Source of the DNA: Nitrospirota bacterium
GTDB lineage: Bacteria > Nitrospirota > UBA9217
Assembly (NCBI GenBank): GCA_963840455.1
Contig: CAWIYV010000014.1
Location: 256,001 to 320,000, forward strand
Length of the DNA: 64,000 nt
Direction of reading: 5' to 3'
Part shown: positions 51,309 to 60,898 of the stretch, in pieces
Position numbering within the stretch: the stretch's first letter is position 1
How the letters are laid out: each line of letters begins with the position of its first letter
Program-made: the position numbers and the translations under genes
The notes under the pieces: generated by a model
The model's input: the letters and a program-made list of their open reading frames with translations, nothing else
Database searches by the model: none
What the model was told of the DNA's origin: nothing

Positions 51309-52049
51309 ATGAAGCAGAGCCCATGGCAGGTCATCCTGGCAATCACGCTCATGGCGGCCGCGTCGCTGCTCTATTACCTCCAGATCGCCATCTTCCATGC
51401 AGAGCGGGATACGTTCTTCTACCTCTTCCAGGACCTTGCCTTTGTCCCCATCCAGGTCCTGCTCGTGACCTTCATCGTCGACCGGTTTCTGCGCATCCGC
51501 GAGCGTAGGGCGTTGCTGAAGAAGCTGAACATGGTCATCGGAGCGTTCTTCAGCGAGGTGGGCACGAAGCTGCTGAAACACTTTGTCGTCTACGATACCG
51601 ATGCCGGATCGCTCGGCGCAAAGCTCATCGTGACCGGGGCGTGGACGGATGAACAGTTCGACAGCGCGGTCCAGGACCTGAAGGCACACCGGGTCGCCAT
51701 GGACTGCACGCGGGGCGACCTGGCCGAGCTCAAACACTTCGTGACCGCACGCCGGGGCTTTCTGCTCCGTCTTCTCGAGAACCAGAACCTCCTCGAACAC
51801 GAGACCTTCACCGAGCTCCTGTGGGCAGTGTTCCACCTCATGGAGGAACTGGATTCGCGCGAGGACGTCCGGGCGCTGCCGCGGCTCGACTGCGACCATA
51901 TCGCCGGTGACATCAAGCGCGCCTATGTGATCCTGCTGATCGAATGGCTGTCCTATATGCGGCATCTTAAGAACGAGTACCCCTATCTGTTCTCGCTGGC
52001 GGTCAGGACCAATCCCTTCGATCCGAGGGCCTCGGTCGAGGTGAAGTAG
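51309..52049 (+). CDS. Hypothetical membrane protein
   Basis: Two TMs followed by a helical domain; typical codon usage; RBS present. Confidence 0.85.
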   Translation: MKQSPWQVILAITLMAAASLLYYLQIAIFHAERDTFFYLFQDLAFVPIQVLLVTFIVDRFLRIRERRALLKKLNMVIGAFFSEVGTKLLKHFVVYDTDAGSLGAKLIVTGAWTDEQFDSAVQDLKAHRVAMDCTRGDLAELKHFVTARRGFLLRLLENQNLLEHETFTELLWAVFHLMEELDSREDVRALPRLDCDHIAGDIKRAYVILLIEWLSYMRHLKNEYPYLFSLAVRTNPFDPRASVEVK

Positions 52050-52072
52050 TTCAGGGGAAGGAGCGTGCCACG

Positions 52073-52927
52073 ATGCAGGTGATCGAGTTCCTCCAGCGTC
52101 AGTCCAAGCGATGCATCGTGTCGGCGGGGGTCGTCCAGGTCCTTGTCCTCTGGATCATCGACTATGTTACCGGCCCTGATTTTTCCTTCGTGGTGTTCTA
52201 CCTTTTCCCCGTTTTTCTCGTCACCTGGTTCGCGGGCAAACAAGCGGGCATCGCTATATCACTGATGAGCGGCATCGCCTGGTTCGTGGCCGACGTGCTC
52301 ACCGCGCCGGCCGACGTCACTGTCGCGATCCCTTACCTCAATCTCGTGACCAAACTCGGTTTCTTCCTCGTCGTGAACTTTACGATCTCGTCACTGAAGG
52401 TCTCATTGGAGCGGGAGCGGGAGATGGCGAGGACGGACTACCTGACCCGGGTGGCAAACTCCCGCTATTTTGCCGAGATCGCGTCCAACGAAATCAAGCG
52501 GGCGGGCAGGTACCTCCATCCCTTCACGGTCGCCTATCTCGATATCGACGATTTTAAATCGGTGAACGACCGGTGGGGGCACAGCACGGGCGATCAACTT
52601 CTCGCGCTGGTCGCGGACACGATCAGGAACAATATTCGCGCCACTGACTCGATCGCCAGGCTCGGAGGGGACGAATTCGTGTTCTTGCTGCCGGAGACCG
52701 GCTATGACGCGGCCTCCGTGGTCATACAGAAGGTCCACCAGAGCCTGCTGGCCGCCATGGGCAGGAAGGGATGGCCGGTGACGTTCAGCATCGGCGTCGT
52801 GACCTTCCGCACACCGCCGGACTCTGTGGACGGCATGATCAGGGTCGCGGACGCGTTCATGTATTCCGTGAAGCACTCGGGGAAGAACAGGATCCAGCAC
52901 CAGGAGATCGAGTACCAGGCAGCGTGA
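52073..52927 (+). CDS. Membrane diguanylate cyclase
   Basis: 4 TMs, intact GGDEF, RxxD I-site (RATD). Confidence 0.92.
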   Translation: MQVIEFLQRQSKRCIVSAGVVQVLVLWIIDYVTGPDFSFVVFYLFPVFLVTWFAGKQAGIAISLMSGIAWFVADVLTAPADVTVAIPYLNLVTKLGFFLVVNFTISSLKVSLEREREMARTDYLTRVANSRYFAEIASNEIKRAGRYLHPFTVAYLDIDDFKSVNDRWGHSTGDQLLALVADTIRNNIRATDSIARLGGDEFVFLLPETGYDAASVVIQKVHQSLLAAMGRKGWPVTFSIGVVTFRTPPDSVDGMIRVADAFMYSVKHSGKNRIQHQEIEYQAA

Positions 52928-53005
52928 TCATGCCGCCTGGTACCCGATGTTCGTTCGGCGGGGAGCTACGCGGACCGGTCAGGTCGAACAACCGGCCCCG
53001 TAATG

Positions 53006-54199
53006 CTAGTTCTTGAAGATTACCGGATAGCCCTTCGACAAGGTGTCCATGCTTTTTTGTACGAACGCTGTTGCTGTACGCGCTTTCACGATAATGACCA
53101 GTACCTCGCCGACCGGGTGTCTGACGCCTGTAGACGGGTTCGGTTGGCTCATCACGATGAACCGGTCTCCGGGGTCAACGCCGTCCTCTTTTCCTTTATC
53201 CAGATAGACAATGTCCGATTGTCCGCTGATGGACTTCCGATCCGGCACCTCGAGGATGTAGCCGGTGAGGTTCTTTGCCTGTGTTTTCTGCTTGGACGGG
53301 TAGATCAGCGTCGGCTCCTGGTAGGGGGCAAGCATGTTCCCTCTCATGGCGGCATCGAAGGATTGCGTGATACGGGCTGTATAGACGCCCCGTTCCTTTG
53401 TCCCCGTGACCTTCGCGACCCCGTTGATCTTGTATAGCTTTCCGTAGTCGCGGTGGGTGATCGGGTGTTTTACCTTGCGGACCTCCTCGAAGATCAGGAA
53501 CCGGTCCCCAATGTTGACCGCTTCACGGGAGCGGACAACGATGTAAACTTCATAGTCAGCCCCGATGATGTTGCCTACCTCGTTCTTGCGGGCAGGGTCT
53601 ACCACGGAGTCCTGCAGGTAGTCCTGGCTGGACTCCTCGCTGACGAATCCCGCGCTGAGCATGGCATATTTGTCAATGACCGGTCTGTCGGCCTCTTCGG
53701 GCAGAATGAGCTTGCCGCCCCGATCCGGTTCTGCAGACTCGGCCGGTTTTTGCCGGAAGAAAGACGGGATTCCCGTCTCTACCGGCGGAGCGGCAGCCGC
53801 CGGCTTCTCTATGGCCTTTTCCTGGACAGGTGTCGCTTCCTCCGGTGCGTTCATTGCCCGTTCTACCGGCGCGAGGCTCGGGATGACCAGGGCATTGCCG
53901 GGATAGATAAGGTCGGGGTCGTTGATGGATGGATTCGATTTCCAGATGAGCGGCCAGAGGAAGGGATCGCGGTAGAAGGCATTCGCGATGTCCCAGAGCG
54001 TATCGCCCTGCCGGATCTCGTATCGTCCCGTTTGCTCAGACGCTGGCGACTGCGTACCTGCGGCGGCCGGCTGCTGGGGAGGCGCCGGCGTGACCGCTGC
54101 CGGCTCCTGGAGCCACGCTGTTGCGGGGAACATCGCGATGACAAGAAGGATAAGAGCGCTCCGTATTGCTCGGACTGACGGGTTCGACCTGCTGGTCAT
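53006..54199 (-). CDS. Exported LysM peptidoglycan-binding protein
   Basis: YEIRQGDTLWDIA...WPLIW..N..I.DPDLIYPG; signal peptide. Confidence 0.9.
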   Translation of the reverse strand: MTSRSNPSVRAIRSALILLVIAMFPATAWLQEPAAVTPAPPQQPAAAGTQSPASEQTGRYEIRQGDTLWDIANAFYRDPFLWPLIWKSNPSINDPDLIYPGNALVIPSLAPVERAMNAPEEATPVQEKAIEKPAAAAPPVETGIPSFFRQKPAESAEPDRGGKLILPEEADRPVIDKYAMLSAGFVSEESSQDYLQDSVVDPARKNEVGNIIGADYEVYIVVRSREAVNIGDRFLIFEEVRKVKHPITHRDYGKLYKINGVAKVTGTKERGVYTARITQSFDAAMRGNMLAPYQEPTLIYPSKQKTQAKNLTGYILEVPDRKSISGQSDIVYLDKGKEDGVDPGDRFIVMSQPNPSTGVRHPVGEVLVIIVKARTATAFVQKSMDTLSKGYPVIFKN

Positions 54200-54212
54200 G
54201 GTACCTGCCTCC

Positions 54213-54581
54213 TTACGGCTGGCTTTTTACTACGGGCTTTTTTTCTTTTTCTTCGCCTTTTATTTTTCCGGTTTCTTCTCCGGCGCGACCTGCTGTGCGG
54301 ATGCGGGTTTTGAGATGATCAGGGGCGCCGGCGGGGGAGCGGTGCATTGTTCTTCCAGCGTCTTGACCTTGGTGGAGAGCGCTTGAACGATGGTAGATTG
54401 ATCGTCCACTTTTCTCCGGGTATCGTTCTGGTCCTTCTGAAGTTCGAGCAATTGTTTCTGCAGGATCGAGATCTATTCTTTGACGGGATCGACCGGCGGG
54501 GCGTGTCGCCGGAGCGCACGCGGCAAACATGAACACGGTAGGCGCCAGCAAGTTCGCTGAGACGCGCTGGGTATCTGTCAT
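54213..54581 (-). pseudogene. Disrupted coiled-coil lipoprotein gene (YbgF/CpoB-N-like)
   Basis: Lipobox FAAC in one frame; coiled coil (ISILQKQLLELQK...) in another frame, with in-frame TAG and TAA. Confidence 0.6.
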
Positions 54582-54725
54582 CCTTCTCCCTTGCCGACCG
54601 TCGATCTCGGCATATCTGCATATCATATATTTCGTTAAAGATAGCCGAGAAACCTCTTGTTTGTCAAGAGAAATTCAAAAGCAAGCCTTGCTTTTGAAAG
54701 ACCTTTTTGGTATCCTGCACCTGCC

Positions 54726-56894
54726 ATGAACACCACCGAACGAGCGGGGAACACGGGCCTCAAGGGCATCATCACTGTGACCGTTCTCCTGCTGCTTTCC
54801 GCGGCTGCCATCCTTCTCCAGATCAAGTACCGCGGGTTCGAGGGGCCGCTCTCGGACAACCTTCTCATCCTCATCCTCATCAACGCGAATTTTCTGCTGC
54901 TTGCCGCGGTCATCTTCCTGATCGGACGGAGCCTCTGGAAGCTTTCCGTGGAGCGAAGGAGCAAGGTCCTCGGCGCAAAATTCCGCACCAAACTGGTCAC
55001 TGCATTCGTCAGTCTCTCGTTCATCCCCACCATCCTGCTTTTCATCATTGGAAGCGGCATGTATACCCGGGGTATCGAGCGGCTTTTCAGCCTCCGGCTC
55101 GAGTCCGCGCTCCAGGGCTCGGTCTCGGTCTCCCAGTCCTATTACGACCGCTTGAAAAGCCAGGCCCTCGCCTTCGGGCGGCAGATCAGCCGGCAGATCG
55201 CCGATGAGCGGATGGCATCCCGCTTTGACGTGCCGGTGCTCAGAGAATATCTCGGGAAAAAGGCGGCAGAATACGGGATCGGTGCCGTCGAGCTCTTCGG
55301 CGAAGGACGGACGTCTATTGCCCGTGCCGTTACCGATCAGTTCCCCGGCAGGACCTTCATCGCGACGCCGGCAGAAGTCATCGCCCGCGCCTTTGCTTCC
55401 GAGGAAATGACGATGGTAAGCGACCTGGGCAAGAAAGGGGAGATCATCCGGGCCGTGGTGCCGCTGTATCCGGAGGACACGAACGGTCGCATCGCCGGGG
55501 CCGTGGCAGTAAGCTACTTTATCCCTTCGAGCCTCGCTCATAAAGTGGATGAGATCCAGGCGGGCTATGCCGAATATCGTTCCTCCTTCAAGAGCAAGCA
55601 GCTCCTGAAGATGTCCTACCGGTTGGGTTTTCTCGCCGTCATGCTGACACTGCTGCTCGCGGCCATCTGGGTCGCCCTCCGTGTTGCGGCGGGCATCACG
55701 GTGCCGATCCGCAAGCTGGCGGAGGGGACCGAGGAAGTGGCTCGGGGCAATCTGGAATACCGGATCGAGGACCAGTCCGGTGACGAGGTCGGGATGCTCG
55801 TGGCGTCGTTCAACCGGATGACCGCTGACCTCAAGGACTCCCGTGAGCGGCTCCAGCAGGAGGCCACCAACCGGGAGATCATCCTGACCAATATCGATGC
55901 CGGCGTCGTATCCATGGACCGCGCCGGAAGGATCACGACCATCAATCCGGCGGCGTCGCATATTCTGGGCATCCAGGCCGGGGACGTGATCGGTAAACGG
56001 TACGACGAGGCCTTCGGGTTCATCGACCTGGGGCCCATCCGGAACCTCTTCCGGAAATTGGAAGAGGGGCACGGGAGCGCCGAGGAGGAGCTTTCGCTCA
56101 TCGTACGGGGGCGGACGCTGATCCTTCGGATGCGTGTTTCGACGATCGGAGACGCTTCGGGAGCGTTCCTGGGGTCCGTCATCACCTTCGACGACCTGAC
56201 GGAGCTCCTCCGGGCCAAGCAGGCCGAGACCTGGCAGGATGTGGCGCGGAAGATCGCCCATGAGGTGAAGAATCCCCTGACCCCCATCAAGCTTTCCGCC
56301 GAGCGGCTCCGGAAAAAATATCTCGAGAAGGCGCCGGACTTCGACCGGATATTCGACGAGTCGAGCCAGACGATCATCCAGCAGGTGGACGGGCTGAAGG
56401 GCCTTCTGGACGAGTTCGCCGAGTTCGCCCGCATGCCCCGACCCAATCCCGTTCCCCAGCGGCTCGAACCCGTGATCGACAGCGTGATCCAGCTTTACGC
56501 CGCCGCTCACAAGGAGGTGCGGTTCACGAAGGATATCCCGGCGGACCTTCCCGACCTTCCCCTTGATCAGGAGCAGATGAAACGGGTCTTCATCAATCTC
56601 TTCAAGAACGCCATCGAGGTCCTGGAGGGAGGCGGGGATATCCGGGTTACCGCGCGGTCCGCGGTCAACGACGGCATGGTGCGGATCGAGGTTGCCGACA
56701 GCGGCCCGGGGATATCGGTGGAGGATGTGTCGCGGCTCTTCGAACCCTATTTTTCACGGAAAAAGAAGGGCGGAGGGCTCGGTCTCGCCATCGTCGAGCG
56801 GATCATCGCTGACCACAACGGCTCGATCCACGCCGAGCAGAATCAGCCCCACGGCGCCCGGTTCATCATGGAGCTGCCATTGAAAAGATCGTAG
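54726..56894 (+). CDS. NtrY-like HAMP-PAS sensor histidine kinase
   Basis: WQDVARKIAHEVKNPLTPI H-box, NLFKNA, DSGPG, GLGL. Confidence 0.92.
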   Translation: MNTTERAGNTGLKGIITVTVLLLLSAAAILLQIKYRGFEGPLSDNLLILILINANFLLLAAVIFLIGRSLWKLSVERRSKVLGAKFRTKLVTAFVSLSFIPTILLFIIGSGMYTRGIERLFSLRLESALQGSVSVSQSYYDRLKSQALAFGRQISRQIADERMASRFDVPVLREYLGKKAAEYGIGAVELFGEGRTSIARAVTDQFPGRTFIATPAEVIARAFASEEMTMVSDLGKKGEIIRAVVPLYPEDTNGRIAGAVAVSYFIPSSLAHKVDEIQAGYAEYRSSFKSKQLLKMSYRLGFLAVMLTLLLAAIWVALRVAAGITVPIRKLAEGTEEVARGNLEYRIEDQSGDEVGMLVASFNRMTADLKDSRERLQQEATNREIILTNIDAGVVSMDRAGRITTINPAASHILGIQAGDVIGKRYDEAFGFIDLGPIRNLFRKLEEGHGSAEEELSLIVRGRTLILRMRVSTIGDASGAFLGSVITFDDLTELLRAKQAETWQDVARKIAHEVKNPLTPIKLSAERLRKKYLEKAPDFDRIFDESSQTIIQQVDGLKGLLDEFAEFARMPRPNPVPQRLEPVIDSVIQLYAAAHKEVRFTKDIPADLPDLPLDQEQMKRVFINLFKNAIEVLEGGGDIRVTARSAVNDGMVRIEVADSGPGISVEDVSRLFEPYFSRKKKGGGLGLAIVERIIADHNGSIHAEQNQPHGARFIMELPLKRS

Positions 56895-56978
56895 CACCAA
56901 TGCGGAGCGCGGAGTATCCGGTCCTGCCGCTTTCGTTCCTGTTCCACACGTCACACTTATCGTGAAGGAGGTTTTCGC

Positions 56979-57350
56979 TTGGATACTGCATCGATCGTTC
57001 TCCTGAGCCTGTTCGGGCTGTTCCTGCTGGTCAGGCTCTTCGGCTACCTCGGCCGTCTCGGGATCAAACAGATCACGGCACGGGAACTGGACCAGATGAA
57101 GGGCATGACCATGCTCGATACCCGTACGGACAAGGAGTACAAACAGGGGCATATTCCCGGCGCCATCCATATCGAACTGAGCGACGTGGGGAACAAAGCG
57201 AAGAAGCTCCGAAAGGACAAGGACCTGGTTGTTTACTGTCAGAACGGGAACCGGAGCATCTGGGCCATCAAGCGTCTCATGGGCATGGGATTCACCAGCC
57301 TCTACAATCTCAAGGGCGGCTATAGTGCCTGGAAGAGAATACATCGCTGA
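56979..57350 (+). CDS. Membrane-anchored rhodanese
   Basis: GHIPGA, YCQNGNRS, LKGG..AW; TTG start after AGGAGG. Confidence 0.88.
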   Translation: MDTASIVLLSLFGLFLLVRLFGYLGRLGIKQITARELDQMKGMTMLDTRTDKEYKQGHIPGAIHIELSDVGNKAKKLRKDKDLVVYCQNGNRSIWAIKRLMGMGFTSLYNLKGGYSAWKRIHR

Positions 57351-57978
57351 TCTCAAGAGGGATTACCGGGCCAAGAAGCGCGCCATCGAAAAACGGCTCT
57401 CCGAGTTCCGTGCCGTCTACGACCGGGGTGACGAAGCGATCTTCGAGGAGCTTTGCTTCTGCATCCTGACCGCGGGCAGCAGCGCCCGCATGGGCATGCT
57501 CACCATCGCTGCGCTCCGCGATATCCTCCTGACGGGAAGCGAAAAGGAACTGCAGCAGCGGGCAGGGAAACACCGGGTGCGGTTCTGGCGCCTGCGGCCG
57601 TCGTACATCCATTGTACCCGCGAGCACCTGAAGGAGACCTGCAGCCTGCGGCTCAGGGACCTGCTGGAGTCCTTTGATGACCCGATCGCGCGCAGGGATT
57701 TCCTGGCGAAGAACAAGGCGATCAAGGGCCTGGGTTATAAAGAGTCGAGCCACTTCCTGCGGAACATCGGCTTCCGGGGCTACGCGATCCTGGACAAGCA
57801 CATCGTGAACAGCCTCCGGGAGATGGGCGTGATCGGCAAACGGCTCAAGCCGACCAGCCGGAAAGGCTACCTGGCCATCGAGAAGAAACTTGCCCGTTTC
57901 GCCGAAGATATTGGCATCGACATGGACCACCTGGACCTCCTGCTGTGGTCGAGGAAGACGGGTGAGATATTGAAGTAG
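57325..57978 (+). CDS. ogg: 8-oxoguanine N-glycosylase/DNA lyase (Ogg2 type)
   Basis: ELCFCILTA, KGLGYKESSHFLRNIG, AILDKH, DLLLW..KTGEILK; GTG start inferred. Confidence 0.9.
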   Translation: MPGREYIADLKRDYRAKKRAIEKRLSEFRAVYDRGDEAIFEELCFCILTAGSSARMGMLTIAALRDILLTGSEKELQQRAGKHRVRFWRLRPSYIHCTREHLKETCSLRLRDLLESFDDPIARRDFLAKNKAIKGLGYKESSHFLRNIGFRGYAILDKHIVNSLREMGVIGKRLKPTSRKGYLAIEKKLARFAEDIGIDMDHLDLLLWSRKTGEILK

Positions 57979-58439
57979 AACAGTAGAGGGTAGGTAGTAG
58001 GTAGTATATGGTAGGTAGGGAAGAGCAAAAGGGGATCAAACATGCGGCAAAAGGCCGAGAAATTTGAAGACCTGGAAGTGTGGCAGAAGGCGCACGGGTT
58101 GGTCCTCGAAACGTATAAAATTACCAAGATGTTTCCGAACGATGAAAAGTTCGGTTTAGTGTCGCAGATGCGGAGAGCTGCCGTGTCGGTCGCAGCGAAT
58201 ATAGCGGAAGGCTTCAAGAAGCGGGGAGTCAGGGATAAAGCGAATTTCTACAACATCGCCCAGGGGTCCTCGGAAGAGTTGCGATACTATTTTACATTGG
58301 CGAAGGACCTCGGGTATATAAGCACAAATGATCATTTCATGCAGGAGATCGAGGCCGTCGGCAAGATGCTCAGTAGCTTGATGAGCGCGATATTAGCACG
58401 ATAATTTCCCCCTATGCTGCCTACCACCTACTGTCTACT
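57974..58439. mobile_element. Putative cassette: inverted heptamer-repeat arms enclosing a four-helix-bundle gene
   Basis: Left arm (RGTAGRY)n at 57974-58019; reverse-complement arm at 58411-58439. Mobility is inferred. Confidence 0.55.
58042..58404 (+). CDS. Four helix bundle protein (23S rRNA IVS / bAvd-like fold)
   Basis: FEDLEVWQKA, FP.DEKFGL.SQMRRAAVSV.ANIAEG, IAQGS..E. Confidence 0.95.
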   Translation: MRQKAEKFEDLEVWQKAHGLVLETYKITKMFPNDEKFGLVSQMRRAAVSVAANIAEGFKKRGVRDKANFYNIAQGSSEELRYYFTLAKDLGYISTNDHFMQEIEAVGKMLSSLMSAILAR

Positions 58440-58462
58440 CCGGCTTTTCATGAGAAAAGCCA

Positions 58463-58759
58463 ATGTCTGACAAGGGCCTGAAAAAAGCCGTCATCATTGG
58501 CGCGGCGCTCGGCGCTGTCGTGACTCTCGGCGCTGCCATCTCGATGGATTATGTGCTGTCCAGCTCCCTGCAGGGTACGTGGCGGGACGCGGCGGTCAAG
58601 GACGTGACGAAGATGTTCGGCCCGTCCTGCGGCCAGAACTGGTTCGCCGTCACCTTGGTCCTTGTGGTGGTCATGGGATTCCTTGCCGGATTCGGCGCCA
58701 TGCTCGGCGCCATCGCCGGGACCATCATGAACCGTTTCTTCAAGCTCATCTTGAAATGA
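58463..58759 (+). CDS. Small two-TM hypothetical protein
   Basis: 98 aa, hydrophobic and Gly-rich, typical codon usage. Confidence 0.75.
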   Translation: MSDKGLKKAVIIGAALGAVVTLGAAISMDYVLSSSLQGTWRDAAVKDVTKMFGPSCGQNWFAVTLVLVVVMGFLAGFGAMLGAIAGTIMNRFFKLILK

Positions 58760-58873
58760 ATCCAGGAGTGAGCTCATTCCCCGTAGCTTGCTGCGGGGTT
58801 AGCGAACGATTAGAATAAATAGTTCTACCTTGAGGATCGAAGATTCCCTGCAGCTTGCTGCAGGGAGCTTCAA
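58757..58873 (+). repeat. Double-hairpin element, full 117-bp copy starting at the TGA stop of the upstream gene
   Basis: Matches the 50403 copy apart from a few substitutions. Confidence 0.92.
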
Positions 58874-58986
58874 TCCTGCCTGATTCAGGACTTTTTTCAT
58901 AACAGCAACCGTTACTTTTTCATTCCTACCACTGATTCCGTCAGATCTTCCACTTATATCTTCTCAAGTTCAGGTCCTGTCTGGAA

Positions 58987-59100
58987 GTGTATGCTTCAAC
59001 CAGTAGACTAGCATTGTAATGGATGGCAGATTTTCACCATCTACAAGGCTGCAATTTCAGTCAGACGCAACTATCATCGAATACTGGTTGAAACATGCAC
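58987..59100. repeat. 19-bp imperfect inverted repeat pair (MITE-like)
   Basis: gtgtatgcttcaaccagta versus tactggttgaaacatgcac (17/19). Confidence 0.65.
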
Positions 59101-59122
59101 AGGAAAGAGCACCTCCCTATTC

Positions 59123-59584
59123 TTACTTTGTAGACCAACTCAGCCCGTCTCCTAATTCCAACTTGAGAGCGAGGAGCGATTGATTGATGTCATGAATAAA
59201 TGCAATCAGAGACCCGATCAGCGCCGCCAGGCAGCCCATAAACAGGAGGAGAATCAACCAGCCCGCATCCCAACGCAATAACGCGGCAAAAAACAAGCTG
59301 ATGATCAGCAAGGCCGCCAACAACACGCTGAGCAAAGCCAGGATGATGGCCCGGCGAAGGAGATAAGCGCGTCTGTGTAAAATCTGCAGTTGCGCTTCCG
59401 TCCGGTTATGATCCGCCTGAGCCTCGGCGCGCAGTGCGAGCTGCAGCTCGCGGGCACGGTCGATCACGCGGCCGAAACGGTTGGTCATGCTCAGGAGTAG
59501 CAAACCTACCCCAGAGATCAAGATCACCGGGCCGATCGCAATTTGCAGCACCGGTATAAGTTCAGACACGGAGGGAATGGACAT
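59123..59584 (-). CDS. DUF2721-like membrane protein
   Basis: PVILISGVGLLLLSMTNRFGRVIDRAR, 3 TMs. Confidence 0.85.
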   Translation of the reverse strand: MSIPSVSELIPVLQIAIGPVILISGVGLLLLSMTNRFGRVIDRARELQLALRAEAQADHNRTEAQLQILHRRAYLLRRAIILALLSVLLAALLIISLFFAALLRWDAGWLILLLFMGCLAALIGSLIAFIHDINQSLLALKLELGDGLSWSTK

Positions 59585-60043
59585 ACCCGCCTCTTTTCAG
59601 TCAGTTCAGCAAACCAACAAGATATCGGTTCGAAATACCGTAGCATAGACCAAATGCAGGGTCAATGAATTTGAAAAAAAACATGACTTATCAAGCTGAA
59701 TTAATGAGACTTTGACCGAAAGACCAATATCCAATTTATGGAATAGTAAACAAAATAAATTAATATGCAGATATGGAATAGCTTATAAGAGGAGTTTCGA
59801 TGCAACCTATTCCGGATGACCTTCTGACGTAGTTTAATTCGGTTTTGAGCAGAAGGTGTCCCATCCTCATTGCGTGATGACTATCGGAATGGTCCGTTGA
59901 GAATCAGGCCTGGAAAGCTGGAATGTTGACCCCCTTCAGCCTGTAGCCTGCACTGTGTGGTGATCTGGCCCGACACTCGTCTTCAGGAAGTATATCGTGC
60001 TGCAAATTTCAATCCGTATTCTACACTAAATTCCATAAGGACT

Positions 60044-60457
60044 TTAAGTATCTAGGAGGGTGTCGTCAACTTCAGACCTGGTGTCGTTCTCGTCCGCCGT
60101 CTTCTCTCCTTCTAACCGCTCGTATTGTTCGCCGTTCAAAGCCGCGCCGCACTGAAGGCAGTACTCTATGCCCGTCCGGAGGGAGCGGACCTTACCCAAC
60201 TCGCTTCCGAAGTGCCGGCATCGATAGGTCATCGCTAACCTCGCGCCCCTTTGCTGGTTCAACAGTCGGATAGGGACCGACATGGTGGATCCACAGACGC
60301 AGCGCCGCATTTCCAGATCTTCGAAGAACTGAAGGCGCTTCCCCTCATGATACCCGGACTGAACACCATCATGAGTCAGTGCCGTCCAGGCGTCGCGGGA
60401 GTAGGATTTGCCGCAGGAGCAGGTTATCGGAAAGTCGAAGGGGCAATTCGGGTGCAT
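60044..60457 (-). CDS. Cys-rich hypothetical protein (zinc-ribbon-like)
   Basis: CSCG, CVCGS, CRH and CLQCG pairs. Confidence 0.6.
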   Translation of the reverse strand: MHPNCPFDFPITCSCGKSYSRDAWTALTHDGVQSGYHEGKRLQFFEDLEMRRCVCGSTMSVPIRLLNQQRGARLAMTYRCRHFGSELGKVRSLRTGIEYCLQCGAALNGEQYERLEGEKTADENDTRSEVDDTLLDT

Positions 60458-60626
60458 GGGCGCGTTTCCCTGACGGACAGGGCTTCCAGCAGCGTGTCCG
60501 GTGCAATAGCAGCTCGCTTATTATCCCTGATACAGATAAGTCGGTAGTGAGATGTATCCGACAGGAACAGCTTCAGTCTATGAGATTATTACAACACGAT
60601 GGAGGCTTCACTGTCAATACCCCGAA

Positions 60627-60646
60627 AATACCCGTATAGGGGTATT
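60627..60646. promoter_or_regulatory. CsoR/RcnR-type operator-like palindrome
   Basis: AATACCC-gtatag-GGGTATT. Confidence 0.5.
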
Positions 60647-60898
60647 CCGGAAGCATCCATAGGTAACGAGGCAGGTTACAACGGCTAACGAGGATCAGAC
60701 CTGGAATACTGGAATGTTCAAATATTCAGTTTGTAATATGTACCCTCTGTCTGCTTGGATAGCGTCACAGGTACAGGAAGTCCCTCTGTCCATAAGCACC
60801 TTCTGCAAACCCATTACAGCCTGGGAAACGGGGATCCGCAAGCAGCAATGCCAAACTACGCCCATGACAGAGTAAACATGCGTTGTGGTACAGCTGGC

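Noticed and set aside
58042-58404. Diversity-generating retroelement (Avd-like gene plus repeats)
   Set aside because: No reverse transcriptase in the window, and no TR/VR pair with adenine-specific mismatches was seen.
60670-60720. Integron attC site
   Set aside because: A TAAC...GTT pair is present, but internal complementarity is missing and there is no integrase.
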